Of a stretch of 64,000 nucleotides of DNA, positions 46,006-55,239 are shown in pieces (the first letter of the stretch is position 1; the number at the start of each line of letters is the position of its first letter). The notes beneath the pieces are model-generated. The model had not been told where the DNA came from, ran no database searches, and saw only the letters and a program-made list of their open reading frames with translations. The translations under genes were made by a program, and so were the position numbers. The DNA is taken from the NCBI GenBank assembly GCA_016219715.1, contig JACRKX010000024.1:141-64140 (forward strand). Direction: 5' to 3'. The stretch comes from Actinomycetota bacterium (GTDB lineage Bacteria; Actinomycetota; Thermoleophilia; Solirubrobacterales; JACPNS01).

Positions 46006-47097
46006 TTGCGATTCCTTCACGTGATCGAAGGCGGCGTGGTGGCCGCTGCGCTTGCCGCGGGGGCGATCTTCGGCGGCGGCGACGAGACCGCCGGTCCGAG
46101 CGCGGCCGAGCAGGCTGCGAGCCGGATGACCACAAGCGAGTTGGTCGGTCAGCGCATCGTCACTGGCTACGTCGGCGCCAAGCCATCCTCGGCGCTGCTG
46201 AACTCTGCCCGGCGTGGCCGGATCGGCGGCGTGATCCTGTTCAAGGACAACATCCCGTCGGTGACCCGGGCGAAGCGATCGATTCGCGCCCTACAGCGCG
46301 AGGCGCGAATCGGAGAACAGCCTAAGTTGTTGGTGATGATCGATCAGGAGGGCGGAATCGTCAAGCGGATCGAATCGATTCCGCCGCGACGCAGCCCACG
46401 TCAGATCGGCCGCTCGGCCGACCCGGCCGCGGCCGCGCGCGCCGAAGGCGAGGCCACCGGCGCCGCGCTGGCCAAGCTCGGATTCAACGTCGATCTGGCG
46501 CCGGTGGCCGACGTGCCCGATCGCGCCGATTCCTTTCTCGACACGCGCGCCTTCTCGCGCGACGCCGGAACCGTCGCCGAGGCCGCCTGCGCCTTTGCCG
46601 AGGGCTTGAACACGGGTGGCGTGGCGGGTGCCTTCAAGCACTTTCCTGGGCTCGGCCGGGCCCGCGCCAACACCGATCTGCAAAGGGTGCGCGTCGATGC
46701 GACCGAAGTCCAGCTGCGCGCCGATCTTGAACCGTATCGACGCTGTCCCGCCGAGCGCCGGCTGACGATGATCGCGAGTGCGAAGTATCCAAGGCTCGGC
46801 ATCTCGTCGCCGGCGGTGCTCAATCGCGAGGCATACGATCTTCTCGCCGAGACCGGTTTCACGGGGCTGACGATCAGCGATGCTCTCGACACTCCGGCGA
46901 TCGCCGGGCGCGCTCGCCACGAGTACCGCGCCGTCCGCGCCGGCCTAGACCTCCTGCTCTACGCCCAGACACGGGGTGCGGCGACCCGCGCCTACAAGCG
47001 GCTGGTGAGCGAGGCAAAGGCCGGCCGGCTCTCGCGTACGTCGCTCGAGGCCGACGCGGCGCGCATCGTTGAGTTCAAGACGGCACTGGCTGACTGA
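46006..47097 (+). CDS. Glycoside hydrolase family 3 N-terminal-domain protein (NagZ/LpqI-like beta-N-acetylhexosaminidase)
   Basis: MIDQEGGIVKRI, NVDLAPVADV and KHFPGLG motifs. N-terminal anchor or signal sequence. Confidence 0.8.
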   Translation: MRFLHVIEGGVVAAALAAGAIFGGGDETAGPSAAEQAASRMTTSELVGQRIVTGYVGAKPSSALLNSARRGRIGGVILFKDNIPSVTRAKRSIRALQREARIGEQPKLLVMIDQEGGIVKRIESIPPRRSPRQIGRSADPAAAARAEGEATGAALAKLGFNVDLAPVADVPDRADSFLDTRAFSRDAGTVAEAACAFAEGLNTGGVAGAFKHFPGLGRARANTDLQRVRVDATEVQLRADLEPYRRCPAERRLTMIASAKYPRLGISSPAVLNREAYDLLAETGFTGLTISDALDTPAIAGRARHEYRAVRAGLDLLLYAQTRGAATRAYKRLVSEAKAGRLSRTSLEADAARIVEFKTALAD

Positions 47098-47175
47098 GGC
47101 GCGCTGCCTGGCTTCGCTTTTCGCGGGCTGGCGGGTCAGCGTGCCCGGCCGAGACGTATGTCTAAGATCACTTGA

Positions 47176-48072
47176 ATGAGCAGCGATAACGGATCCCAAG
47201 CAACTTTCCGAGTAAAAGCCGGCCTGGCAGAGATGCTGAAGGGCGGCGTGATCATGGACGTGGTCACCCCTGAAGAGGCGAAGATCGCCGAAGAGGCCGG
47301 CGCTTGCGCCGTGATGGCGCTAGAGCGCGTGCCAAGCGACATCCGCCGCGACGGCGGCGTGGCGCGCATGAGCGACCCCGAGATGATCCGCGGCATCAAG
47401 CAGGCCGTCTCGATCCCGGTAATGGCTAAGGCCCGTATCGGCCACTTCGTCGAGGCCCAGCTGCTCGAAGCGCTCGACATCGACTACATCGACGAGTCCG
47501 AGGTGCTGACCCCGGCCGACGAGGCCAATCACATCGACAAGCATCCGTTCAAGATTCCGTTTGTCTGCGGGGCGACGAATCTCGGTGAGGCCCTGCGCCG
47601 AATCGGCGAGGGCGCCGCGATGATCCGCAGCAAGGGCGAGGCCGGCACCGGCGACATCGTCGAGGCCGTGCGCCACCTGCGCCAGATCCGCAGCGAGATC
47701 CGTCAGCTGCAGGGCATGGAGAACGACGAGCTCTTCGCCGCGGCGAAGAACCTTCAGTCGCCGTTGTCGCTCGTACAGGAGGTCGCTGAGACCGGCAAGC
47801 TACCGGTGGTCATGTTCAGCGCCGGAGGCGTAGCTACGCCAGCCGACGCGGCTCTGATGATGCAGCTCGGCGCCGAGGGCGTGTTCGTCGGCTCCGGCAT
47901 CTTCAAGTCGTCCGACCCGGCGAAGCGCGCCAAGGCGATCGTCGAGGCCACCACGCATTTCGCGGATCCCGAGCGCGTGCTTCACGCCTCCTTCGGCCTC
48001 GGCGAGCCGATGCAGTCGATCGAGAGTCGCAAGCTCGACGAGTCCGAACTGCTGGCGCAGCGCGGCTGGTGA
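47176..48072 (+). CDS. pdxS: Pyridoxal 5'-phosphate synthase subunit PdxS
   Basis: [42 protein letters not shown] is a canonical PdxS sequence. Confidence 0.95.
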   Translation: MSSDNGSQATFRVKAGLAEMLKGGVIMDVVTPEEAKIAEEAGACAVMALERVPSDIRRDGGVARMSDPEMIRGIKQAVSIPVMAKARIGHFVEAQLLEALDIDYIDESEVLTPADEANHIDKHPFKIPFVCGATNLGEALRRIGEGAAMIRSKGEAGTGDIVEAVRHLRQIRSEIRQLQGMENDELFAAAKNLQSPLSLVQEVAETGKLPVVMFSAGGVATPADAALMMQLGAEGVFVGSGIFKSSDPAKRAKAIVEATTHFADPERVLHASFGLGEPMQSIESRKLDESELLAQRGW

Positions 48073-48668
48073 GCCGGCGCGCCGGACCGGTCGGCGTGCT
48101 CGCCCTGCAGGGCGGCTTCGAGGCGCACGAAAGACTCCTCCGGCCGCTTGGCGCCGAAGTTCGTCAGGTCCGCATGCCTAGCGACCTCGATGGCCTCGCC
48201 GCGCTGGTGCTGCCCGGTGGCGAATCGACGACGATGATGCTCGGCATCGAACGTGAAGGTCTCGCCGCGCCGCTTGCCGAGTTCGCCGCGTCTGGCCGCC
48301 CGGTCCTGGCCACCTGCGCCGGCGCGATCATCCTCGACGACGAGCACCTTGGATTGATCGACCTTCACTGCGAGCGCAACGCCTACGGCGGCCAGATCCA
48401 CAGCTTCGAGGCCGACCTGAAGTTCGACGGCGCCGGCGACGACCCGTTTCGAGGCGTGTTCATACGCGCGCCGCGCTTCACGCGACTTGGCGATGACGTC
48501 GTCGTGCTGGCCGAGCACGATTCGGCGCCCGTCGCAGTACGCGAGCGCAACATCTTCGCCATGAGCTTTCACCCGGAGCTCACCGCCGACGACAGGATCC
48601 ATCGCCGGTTCATTGAAATGAATCTCGTCAACAACGTCACCGACATCGATCGAAAGAAGGCCGCATGA
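48069..48668 (+). CDS. pdxT: Pyridoxal 5'-phosphate synthase glutaminase subunit PdxT
   Basis: [13 protein letters not shown]...[11 protein letters not shown]...TCAGAI...FHPE motifs. GTGA overlap with pdxS. Confidence 0.92.
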   Translation: MSRRAGPVGVLALQGGFEAHERLLRPLGAEVRQVRMPSDLDGLAALVLPGGESTTMMLGIEREGLAAPLAEFAASGRPVLATCAGAIILDDEHLGLIDLHCERNAYGGQIHSFEADLKFDGAGDDPFRGVFIRAPRFTRLGDDVVVLAEHDSAPVAVRERNIFAMSFHPELTADDRIHRRFIEMNLVNNVTDIDRKKAA

Positions 48669-49768
48669 GAGACCCACGCGTAGACGCGCTCGCCAACATT
48701 CTGGTCAACTACTCGACCGGCGTGAAGCCGGGGGAGACCTGTGTGATCCAGAGCGAGGTGGCCGCCGAACCGCTCGTGCAGGCCGTTTACGAAGAGGTGC
48801 TCAAGGCCGGCGGCCTGCCGATCGTGCAGCTGGCGCTGAGCGAGGGCGCTCCGGCGTTTTACAAGTACGCCAACGACGAGCAGCTCACGTGGATCCCGCC
48901 AACCGCGCAGTGGATCGCCGAGAACATCGACACCCGCATCGCGATCATGGCCGACACGAACACGCGCGCGCTCAGCAACGTCGATCCCGAGAAGCAGACG
49001 AAGGTCAGCACGGCGCGCAAGCCGCTGATGGACGCGTCCATGAAGCGCTCCGCCGCCGGCGACTACCGCTGGTCGCTAACGCTGTTCCCGACCAACGCAT
49101 ACGCCTCAGAGGCCGGGCTGTCGCTCTCGGAATACGAGGACTTCTTCTACAACGCCTGTCTCGCCGGCGACCCCGATCCGCTTACGGCCTGGCAGCGCCA
49201 GAGCGACATGGTCAAGAAGCTGGCGGCGTGGATGGAGGGCAAGAAAGAAGTCCACATCAAGGCTCCCGGAACCGACATAACGCTCGGCGTCGAGGGCCGC
49301 ACCTGGATTCCGTGTGTCGGCACGCACAACATGCCCGATGGTGAGTTCTTCACCGGCCCAGTCGAAGACAGCGTCAACGGCGTCGTCGAGTTCAGTTTCC
49401 CGGCCACCTACGGCGGCCGCGAGGTCAGCGGCGTGCGCTTCGAGTTCAAAGACGGCAAGATCGTCGACGCCTCGGCCCAGCAGGGTGAGGATTTCCTGTT
49501 GAAGATGCTCGACACCGACGACGGCTCGCGCCGGCTCGGAGAGCTGGGAATCGGCACCAACTACGGCATTACGACCGGTACCAAGGAGATCCTGCTCGAC
49601 GAGAAGATCGGCGGCACCGTTCACATGGCGATCGGCATGAGCTACCCCGAGAGCGGTGGCACGAACGACTCCGCGATTCACTGGGACATGGTCTGCGACC
49701 TGCGCCAAGGCGGTTCGATCACGGTCGACGGCACCGAGTTGCAGCGCGACGGCAAGTTTCTCGTCTAA
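48665..49768 (+). CDS. M29-family aminopeptidase (AmpS/PepS type)
   Basis: LANILVNYSTGVKPGE... and C-terminal GTNDSAIHWDMV are typical of thermophilic-metalloprotease M29 aminopeptidases. ATGA overlap with pdxT. Confidence 0.8.
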   Translation: MRDPRVDALANILVNYSTGVKPGETCVIQSEVAAEPLVQAVYEEVLKAGGLPIVQLALSEGAPAFYKYANDEQLTWIPPTAQWIAENIDTRIAIMADTNTRALSNVDPEKQTKVSTARKPLMDASMKRSAAGDYRWSLTLFPTNAYASEAGLSLSEYEDFFYNACLAGDPDPLTAWQRQSDMVKKLAAWMEGKKEVHIKAPGTDITLGVEGRTWIPCVGTHNMPDGEFFTGPVEDSVNGVVEFSFPATYGGREVSGVRFEFKDGKIVDASAQQGEDFLLKMLDTDDGSRRLGELGIGTNYGITTGTKEILLDEKIGGTVHMAIGMSYPESGGTNDSAIHWDMVCDLRQGGSITVDGTELQRDGKFLV

Positions 49769-50187
49769 TCGACGACTTCGCTGCGAGCGCGAAGCGCGGC
49801 TCGCCGTTTGCGCAGCATCGCAAGCCCCTGCAAGCGGCGCTCGCCGCCGTGCCGGCCATCGATACCGAGCAGTTCTAGGGTGGCCGGCGCCGGGCTCGGC
49901 GTGGAGCGAAGTTTGGCGGGCTGACGAAGGCTGGCGTCAAGCTCTTGGCGAAGCGCGAGCACTGCGATCAGATCCCACCCGCACGCCCCGACGGCGCGCA
50001 GCACGTTGGCGAAGCTGGGCTCGCGCCGGCCGCTCTCCCAGCGCGCAACGGTCTGTTGCGGAACCCCAAGCCGCCGCGATAGTTCGGCTTGAGAGATGAC
50101 CGATCGCTCCCGTGCGACCCGCACCAGTCTTCCGCCGCCGCCCTCGGCGGTGATGTGGGTTGGACCGATTCCGAGCACCTCGGGCAT
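49765..50187 (-). CDS. XRE-family helix-turn-helix transcriptional regulator
   Basis: ISQAELSRRLGVPQQTVARWESGRREPSFANVLRAVGACGWDL is an XRE HTH. The ATG at 50187 lies inside the repeat terminus and has a poor RBS. An internal GTG at 50124, preceded by GGAAGA, is a plausible true start. Confidence 0.75.
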   Translation of the reverse strand: MPEVLGIGPTHITAEGGGGRLVRVARERSVISQAELSRRLGVPQQTVARWESGRREPSFANVLRAVGACGWDLIAVLALRQELDASLRQPAKLRSTPSPAPATLELLGIDGRHGGERRLQGLAMLRKRRAALRARSEVVD

Positions 50188-50371
50188 TCAACATCCATTT
50201 GGATGTCAGGAGTGAGACGAGTCGCGCCAATTCCGCGACGAGATCGCAACGATCTGCACAGTCACGGTGCCGGGGGCGGGCCAGGGGATCGTCGTGGAGG
50301 CAAGATGCTCGCCGCTCGGCACCATGCCGCTGAGCAAATTCAACATCCAATCGGATGTTGAATGTCAGAGC
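50178..50371. repeat. Hairpin-terminated inverted-repeat element, copy B (about 190 bp)
   Basis: Left end: CCTCGGGCATTCAACATCCATTTGGATGTCAGG. Right end: ATTCAACATCCAATCGGATGTTGAATGTCAGAGC, with a perfect 11-bp stem. The right end is identical over 27 nt to the right end of copy A (AACATCCAATCGGATGTTGAATGTCAGAGC). Confidence 0.8.
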
Positions 50372-50546
50372 ACTGGCGCAATGCCTCGCGCCCTGCGGTC
50401 AACACGACGCGCGCCGAGCGGCGGACGAAAAAAGAAAGTTCGTTCGATTGCATGAAACGATGTATTATTCGCGGCCGTAGCTGGCGCCGTATGCAATAGC
50501 GTCCGCTTCCCCCGTAGATCGTCCCCCAGCCAAGGAGCAGCTGCGC

Positions 50547-51383
50547 ATGTCCGGTTTCGAAGTGTTCAACAACAAAGTCGCCGTCATCACCGGTGCCGCG
50601 TCTGGGCTCGGTCAGGGATTCGCGACCGTGACGGCAGCCAATGGCGCCACGGTCGTTGCTGCCGACATCAATCTCGAAGGCGCGGAGAAGACCGCCGAGC
50701 GCATCACTGCCGCCGGTGGCAAGGCCACGGCGAAGCAGGTCGACGTTCGCGATGCCGCCGCCGTCGCGAAGCTCGTCGATGACGCCGTAGCCGAGCACGG
50801 GCGAATCGACTACATGTTCAACAACGCCGGAATCGCGGTGCAGGGGCCGATGCAGGAGATCCCGATCGAGCACTGGGACGAGATCATCGACATCAACCTA
50901 AAGGGTGTCGTGCATGGCACGTCGGCCGCGTACAAGCACATGTACAAGCAGAAGAGCGGTCACATCGTCAACACTGCCAGCCTCGCTGGCCTGGTCCCGT
51001 CTCCGCTCCTGTCGCCCTACAGCGCGACGAAGTTCGGCGTGGTCGGCTTGTCTGACTCGCTGCGCGTCGAGGCGCAGGGGACGGGCGTGAAGGTCACGGC
51101 GCTGTGTCCGGGATTCATCGAGTCCGGCATTTACGACTCCGCGCGTTACAGCGGCGGACTCAACGCCGAGATCGGGCGTAAGCAGATTCCTCTGATCGTG
51201 CCGCTCGAGGAGGGCGTCGACAAGCTGCTCAAAGGCGTCGTCAAGGAAAAGCGCGTCGTCACGCTGCCGCTGTATGGCTACCTGTTCTGGTACGGCTATC
51301 GCGCCACGCCCGTCGCGGGCATCAAGCTCAGTGGCTTTCTGGCCCGTCGCCAGATGAAGGCGATCAAGAAGGCCGCTAGATAG
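50547..51383 (+). CDS. Short-chain dehydrogenase/reductase
   Basis: VAVITGAASGLGQG, NNAG and YSATKFGVVG motifs. Strong RBS AAGGAG. Confidence 0.85.
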   Translation: MSGFEVFNNKVAVITGAASGLGQGFATVTAANGATVVAADINLEGAEKTAERITAAGGKATAKQVDVRDAAAVAKLVDDAVAEHGRIDYMFNNAGIAVQGPMQEIPIEHWDEIIDINLKGVVHGTSAAYKHMYKQKSGHIVNTASLAGLVPSPLLSPYSATKFGVVGLSDSLRVEAQGTGVKVTALCPGFIESGIYDSARYSGGLNAEIGRKQIPLIVPLEEGVDKLLKGVVKEKRVVTLPLYGYLFWYGYRATPVAGIKLSGFLARRQMKAIKKAAR

Positions 51384-51444
51384 GCGAAAGCCGGCCCGGC
51401 GAAGCTCGCCAGGCCGGCTCTCATTTGGCTGGGCTTCGTTGCTC

Positions 51445-52887
51445 TCAGCCGGTGAACTGCGGTGTGACGCGTCTCGCGGCCGCGCGGACCCGGCACTTCG
51501 AGATCCGTCGCGTTGCCGACGCGCTGCGGCCGTCGGCGTAGGTTGTGACCACGCGCACGCGGTGCGTTCCCGGTTTGTAACCGCGCAGGTTGATGACGAA
51601 CGTCGGCTTCGACCAGGACACCTTCTTCTTGAGCTTTCCATCGACGTACAGCGAGACGGTCGACGGCGTGCCACTGGCGTAGCTGGGTGAGATCCTCAGC
51701 CGGCTGCCGCGCAGGCACTTATTGCTCGTTGAGAAGCTGACCGTCGGCGACGCGGCGGCGACGGTCGGGATCACCGGTGCGTCGACCCACGTCTTGGTCA
51801 CGCGGTTCGATCGCTGCGTCCGTTCGCGGTCGTCGACGAACGTCGCTTCGATCGTGTCGGTTCCGATCGCGGTACCGGTGTAGGTGAACGTTGCGTTGCC
51901 GCTGGCGTCGGTGGTCCCGGTTCCCGTCAGTCCGGCGTGCGGGCCGTCGATCACTTTGAAGGTGACCAGCTTGCCGGCAACCGGTTCGACGGCGGCGATC
52001 GTCGGCTCGTCGTTGGTGACCGTTGCCGTGACGGTGTGTGGCGTCCCGATTGGGTTGGTCGCCTCCTCAGGTGAGAGGCGGATGTCGGAGATCACCTCCA
52101 CGCCGCGCGCGAGGATGTACGGCGTCCCGACGCTTCCGTCTGGCGCCGTATAGGTGTTGCCGATGTCTTCGGCGATCGCCAGCACCTCGAACGAGATCGG
52201 GAAGCTGTCGAATGCCTCGTGTACCGAGCAGCTCCAGTTCGACAGAGTCGTGTCGGTCAGGCCGACCAGCGCCGGATGCGTCGCCACGATGTGAGCGTCG
52301 TTGTAACAACCGACTCCTGTCGCCGTGAAGGTGCCAAAACCGCTCAACAAAGGCACGGGTGTCATTGGCGCGGTGTCGTGGTAGTAACAGCTGAGCGAGA
52401 TGTATGCGCCCGTCTTGCCGGCCTCGGCGACGCTGAACGCGGCGGCCTTCTCCATTAGATCGGTACCACCTTGGCCTTGGTGGTAGGTCTCGTCGGTGCC
52501 GATGATGATTACGTTTCCGTCGACGACGGAGGACCACAGCGCCGCGTTGGCCTGTGCCGCCGCGGCGGGGCCGAGTGAGGCGCAGGTCGGATCGCCGAGC
52601 ACGATGCCATCGAAGGCGTCGAACTCGGCCGAACTCATTGCCGACCACTCGCCCGGTGTCTTCAGGATCGGAGTCTTTCCGGCCGCCACGAACTTCTGGG
52701 CGAGTGTGCTCGATACGCCGCCCGAGACGGTCGTGTCGAGGATTACAACCTCGCCGGGGGCGGCTTGTGCCGGCGTGGCAAACAGCGCGAATGCCAACGT
52801 TATGAGCACCGAACATAGGGCGGCGCCGATCGACGGTCTAGCGGCGCCCCGGCTGCTCAAGGGCGGCGCTGCGAATGCGAAGATCAT
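51445..52887 (-). CDS. Secreted protein with Ig-like (Big-type) domain and basic C-terminal beta domain
   Basis: Signal peptide ending FATPAQA/AP. A central unassigned domain, then ATNPIGTPHTVTATVTN...ASGNATFTYTGTAIGTDTIEATF (bacterial Ig-like). Lys/Arg-rich C-terminus. Confidence 0.55.
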   Translation of the reverse strand: MIFAFAAPPLSSRGAARPSIGAALCSVLITLAFALFATPAQAAPGEVVILDTTVSGGVSSTLAQKFVAAGKTPILKTPGEWSAMSSAEFDAFDGIVLGDPTCASLGPAAAAQANAALWSSVVDGNVIIIGTDETYHQGQGGTDLMEKAAAFSVAEAGKTGAYISLSCYYHDTAPMTPVPLLSGFGTFTATGVGCYNDAHIVATHPALVGLTDTTLSNWSCSVHEAFDSFPISFEVLAIAEDIGNTYTAPDGSVGTPYILARGVEVISDIRLSPEEATNPIGTPHTVTATVTNDEPTIAAVEPVAGKLVTFKVIDGPHAGLTGTGTTDASGNATFTYTGTAIGTDTIEATFVDDRERTQRSNRVTKTWVDAPVIPTVAAASPTVSFSTSNKCLRGSRLRISPSYASGTPSTVSLYVDGKLKKKVSWSKPTFVINLRGYKPGTHRVRVVTTYADGRSASATRRISKCRVRAAARRVTPQFTG

Positions 52888-53118
52888 TGGTGGAACCTTT
52901 CTGGGAGTGATTAGTCGCCCGACCTTCGACGTTTTTGCGCACGACGACGGTCGGGACGATTCATCGGATTCGACTGAGCCACCGGGATCGCTGCCGAGTG
53001 ATTCCGGGTGGCCTGCCCGAGTGATCGGTCAGCGCAGGGCGTGACCGGGCATTGCCAGCATCCTCCCAGAATTGAGTGCCGCGCGCAGTGGCGTCGCGAC
53101 GAGCGGCTCTGAGCGGGC

Positions 53119-53868
53119 TTACTCCGCGGCTAGCGCCGCGAGCGCCTCTTCGGAGACGTCGAAGTTCGCGGCGACGTCGTTCACGTCGTCGTGCTCTTCG
53201 AGCGAGTCGATCAGCTTGAACAGCCTGGCGGCGTCCTTGTCGTCTAGCTCTACGCGGTTCTTCGGGCGCTGCACGATGTCGGCGCTTTCGAACTTGACGC
53301 CGGCCTCTTCAAGGGCAGCGCGCACGGGGCCGAAGTCGCTGGGCTCGGTGACGATCTCGAAGACGTCGTCTTCGGGATTGATGTCTTCGGCGCCGGCGTC
53401 GATGGCGATGAACAGATCGTCCTCGCTGTAGGCGGCCGCATCGACGATGATTACGCCCTTCTTGTCGAAGTTCCAGGCAACCGAGCCCGGCTCGCCGAGA
53501 CTTCCGCCGCCCTTGCCAAGCAGATGCTTGACGTCGCTGCCGGTGCGGTTGCGATTGTCGGTGAAGCAGTGGATCAGCATCGCAACGCCACCGGGGCCGT
53601 AGCCCTCGTAAACGATCTCCTCGACGGCCGCGGCATCCTTGTCGAGCCCGGCGCCCTTGGCGATCGCGCGCTCGATGTTGTCCTTCGGCATCGAGAAGTC
53701 CTTGGCCTTCTGGATGGCGTGGGCGAGCGATGCATTGCCGTCAGGGTCGGCGCCGTCGCGGGCCGCGATCGTGATCGCGCGCGCCAGCTTCGTGAACAGA
53801 GCACCGCGCTTCGCGTCGGCGGCGCCCTTCTTGTGCTTGATCGACGCCCATTTGGAGTGGCCAGACAT
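53119..53868 (-). CDS. yebC: YebC/PmpR-family DNA-binding regulatory protein
   Basis: MSGHSKWASIKHKKGAADAKRGALFTKLARAITIAAR is a canonical sequence. The gene is on the opposite strand to ruvCAB. Confidence 0.92.
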   Translation of the reverse strand: MSGHSKWASIKHKKGAADAKRGALFTKLARAITIAARDGADPDGNASLAHAIQKAKDFSMPKDNIERAIAKGAGLDKDAAAVEEIVYEGYGPGGVAMLIHCFTDNRNRTGSDVKHLLGKGGGSLGEPGSVAWNFDKKGVIIVDAAAYSEDDLFIAIDAGAEDINPEDDVFEIVTEPSDFGPVRAALEEAGVKFESADIVQRPKNRVELDDKDAARLFKLIDSLEEHDDVNDVAANFDVSEEALAALAAE

Positions 53869-53889
53869 AGCGGGACTAGTGTACGAACG

Positions 53890-54081
53890 ATGAACGACTC
53901 CGCGCGTCCGGCCGGCCGTTTCGGGCTCTGTGACACCTGCGTCAACGCCAAGTTGATCCGTAACACCCGCGGATCCGTATTCCTGATGTGCAATCTGCAC
54001 AAATCCGACGATCGGTACGTCAAATACCCGCGTGCGCCGGTGCTCGAATGCGCCGGCCACAAACAGCCATCCGACGAATGA
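53890..54081 (+). CDS. Small conserved-looking Cys-rich protein (CxxC ... C ... C)
   Basis: 63 aa: RFGLCDTCVNAKLIRNTRGSVFLMCNLHKSDDRYVKYPRAPVLECAGH. High third-position GC content. It ends 22 nt before ruvC. From memory, similar small proteins exist in other high-GC bacteria. Confidence 0.45.
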   Translation: MNDSARPAGRFGLCDTCVNAKLIRNTRGSVFLMCNLHKSDDRYVKYPRAPVLECAGHKQPSDE

Positions 54082-54098
54082 CGCATGATCCTCAGGTA

Positions 54099-54112
54099 GG
54101 AACATGCGTTCG
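54099..54112. promoter_or_regulatory. LexA operator (Cheo/SOS box) overlapping the ruvC start
   Basis: GGAACATGCGTTCG contains GAAC-N4-GTTC. The ruvC ATG (54104) lies inside the spacer. ruvCAB is SOS-regulated in mycobacteria. Confidence 0.7.
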
Positions 54113-54649
54113 TATCTGGAAAACCGAAGCGTGATCGTCATCGGCATCGACCCGGGCATCTCAAACACCGGCTACGGCGTGGTCGAGCGTCGTGGCGCGC
54201 AGCTGCTCGCGCTCGACGGCGGGGTGATCGTCACGTCGCCAGACACGCCCCTCGAGTTGCGCCTGGCAAGCATCGCCCGGCGTGTCGCGGAGCTGATCGA
54301 CGAGCACGACCCCGCCGAGATGGCGATCGAAAGCATCTACTTCGGCAAGAACGCCGAGACGGCTTTCCTGGTCGGCCAGGCGCGCGGCGTGGTTCTCGCC
54401 GAGGCCGGCCGCCGCCGCATTCCCGTCGCCTCGTACACACCGCAGCAGATCAAGCTCGCGGTCTGCGGCAGCGGCGGCGCAGAAAAGGACCAGGTGCAGC
54501 GCATGGTCGGCGCGCTTCTGAATCTCCCGCCCGACCCGCTTCCGCCCGACCACGCTGCCGACGCGCTCGCCGTCGGTGTCTGTCACATCAACGGCACGCC
54601 GCTTGCGGCGGCCGTCGCAAATGCCGCCGTCGTCGGGAATCGCGCATGA
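54104..54649 (+). CDS. ruvC: Holliday junction resolvase RuvC
   Basis: [17 protein letters not shown]...[11 protein letters not shown]...[18 protein letters not shown] is a canonical RuvC sequence. Confidence 0.92.
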   Translation: MRSYLENRSVIVIGIDPGISNTGYGVVERRGAQLLALDGGVIVTSPDTPLELRLASIARRVAELIDEHDPAEMAIESIYFGKNAETAFLVGQARGVVLAEAGRRRIPVASYTPQQIKLAVCGSGGAEKDQVQRMVGALLNLPPDPLPPDHAADALAVGVCHINGTPLAAAVANAAVVGNRA

Positions 54650-55239
54650 TCGCGTCAGTCAGCGGCAAGGTGCTGCACAAGGCAATAGACCACGTCGTCG
54701 TCGAGGCGGCGGGCGTGGGGTACCGGCTCAGTGTCAGCGGTCACACGCTCGACGCGGTGCCGCAGTCGGGCGGTCACATCACCTTGATGGCCGAACTAGT
54801 CGTACGCGAAGATGCGATGCAGCTCTACGGCTTCGCCACTGCCGACGAACGTCAGGTCTTCACGCTTCTCACCAGCGTCAACGGCGTCGGCCCCAAGGTC
54901 GCCCTGGCCGTACTCAGCTCGATGTCGGTGACAGAAGTCGAGACCTCGCTGGCCGCCGGCGACGCCCCCCGCTTCCAGAAGGTGCCCGGCATCGGCAAGC
55001 GCACCGCCGAGCGTCTGATCGTCGAACTGAAAGACAAGGTCGTTCCCAGCGGCGAGCCCGTCGTGATCCGCGCCGTCGCGCCCGACGAGCCGCTTGCCCT
55101 TGCCCGCGAGGGCCTGCTGGGTCTCGGCTACAACCCGGCCGAAGCCGACGCCATGCTCGCGTCAGCTACCGGCGAGACCGCCGAAGCACTCATATCTTCG
55201 GCGCTGCGCACATCGGCGATCGGCGGGGCCGCAGCCTGA
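54646..55239 (+). CDS. ruvA: Holliday junction branch migration protein RuvA
   Basis: MIASVSGKV...GVGYRLSV...[17 protein letters not shown]...[21 protein letters not shown] overlap with ruvC. Confidence 0.92.
   Translation: MIASVSGKVLHKAIDHVVVEAAGVGYRLSVSGHTLDAVPQSGGHITLMAELVVREDAMQLYGFATADERQVFTLLTSVNGVGPKVALAVLSSMSVTEVETSLAAGDAPRFQKVPGIGKRTAERLIVELKDKVVPSGEPVVIRAVAPDEPLALAREGLLGLGYNPAEADAMLASATGETAEALISSALRTSAIGGAAA

Noticed and set aside
50441-50510. 7-bp inverted repeat ATTGCAT ... ATGCAAT upstream of the SDR gene (50547)
   Set aside because: The arms are short with a long irregular spacer. It could be an operator, but it is not distinguishable from chance by eye.
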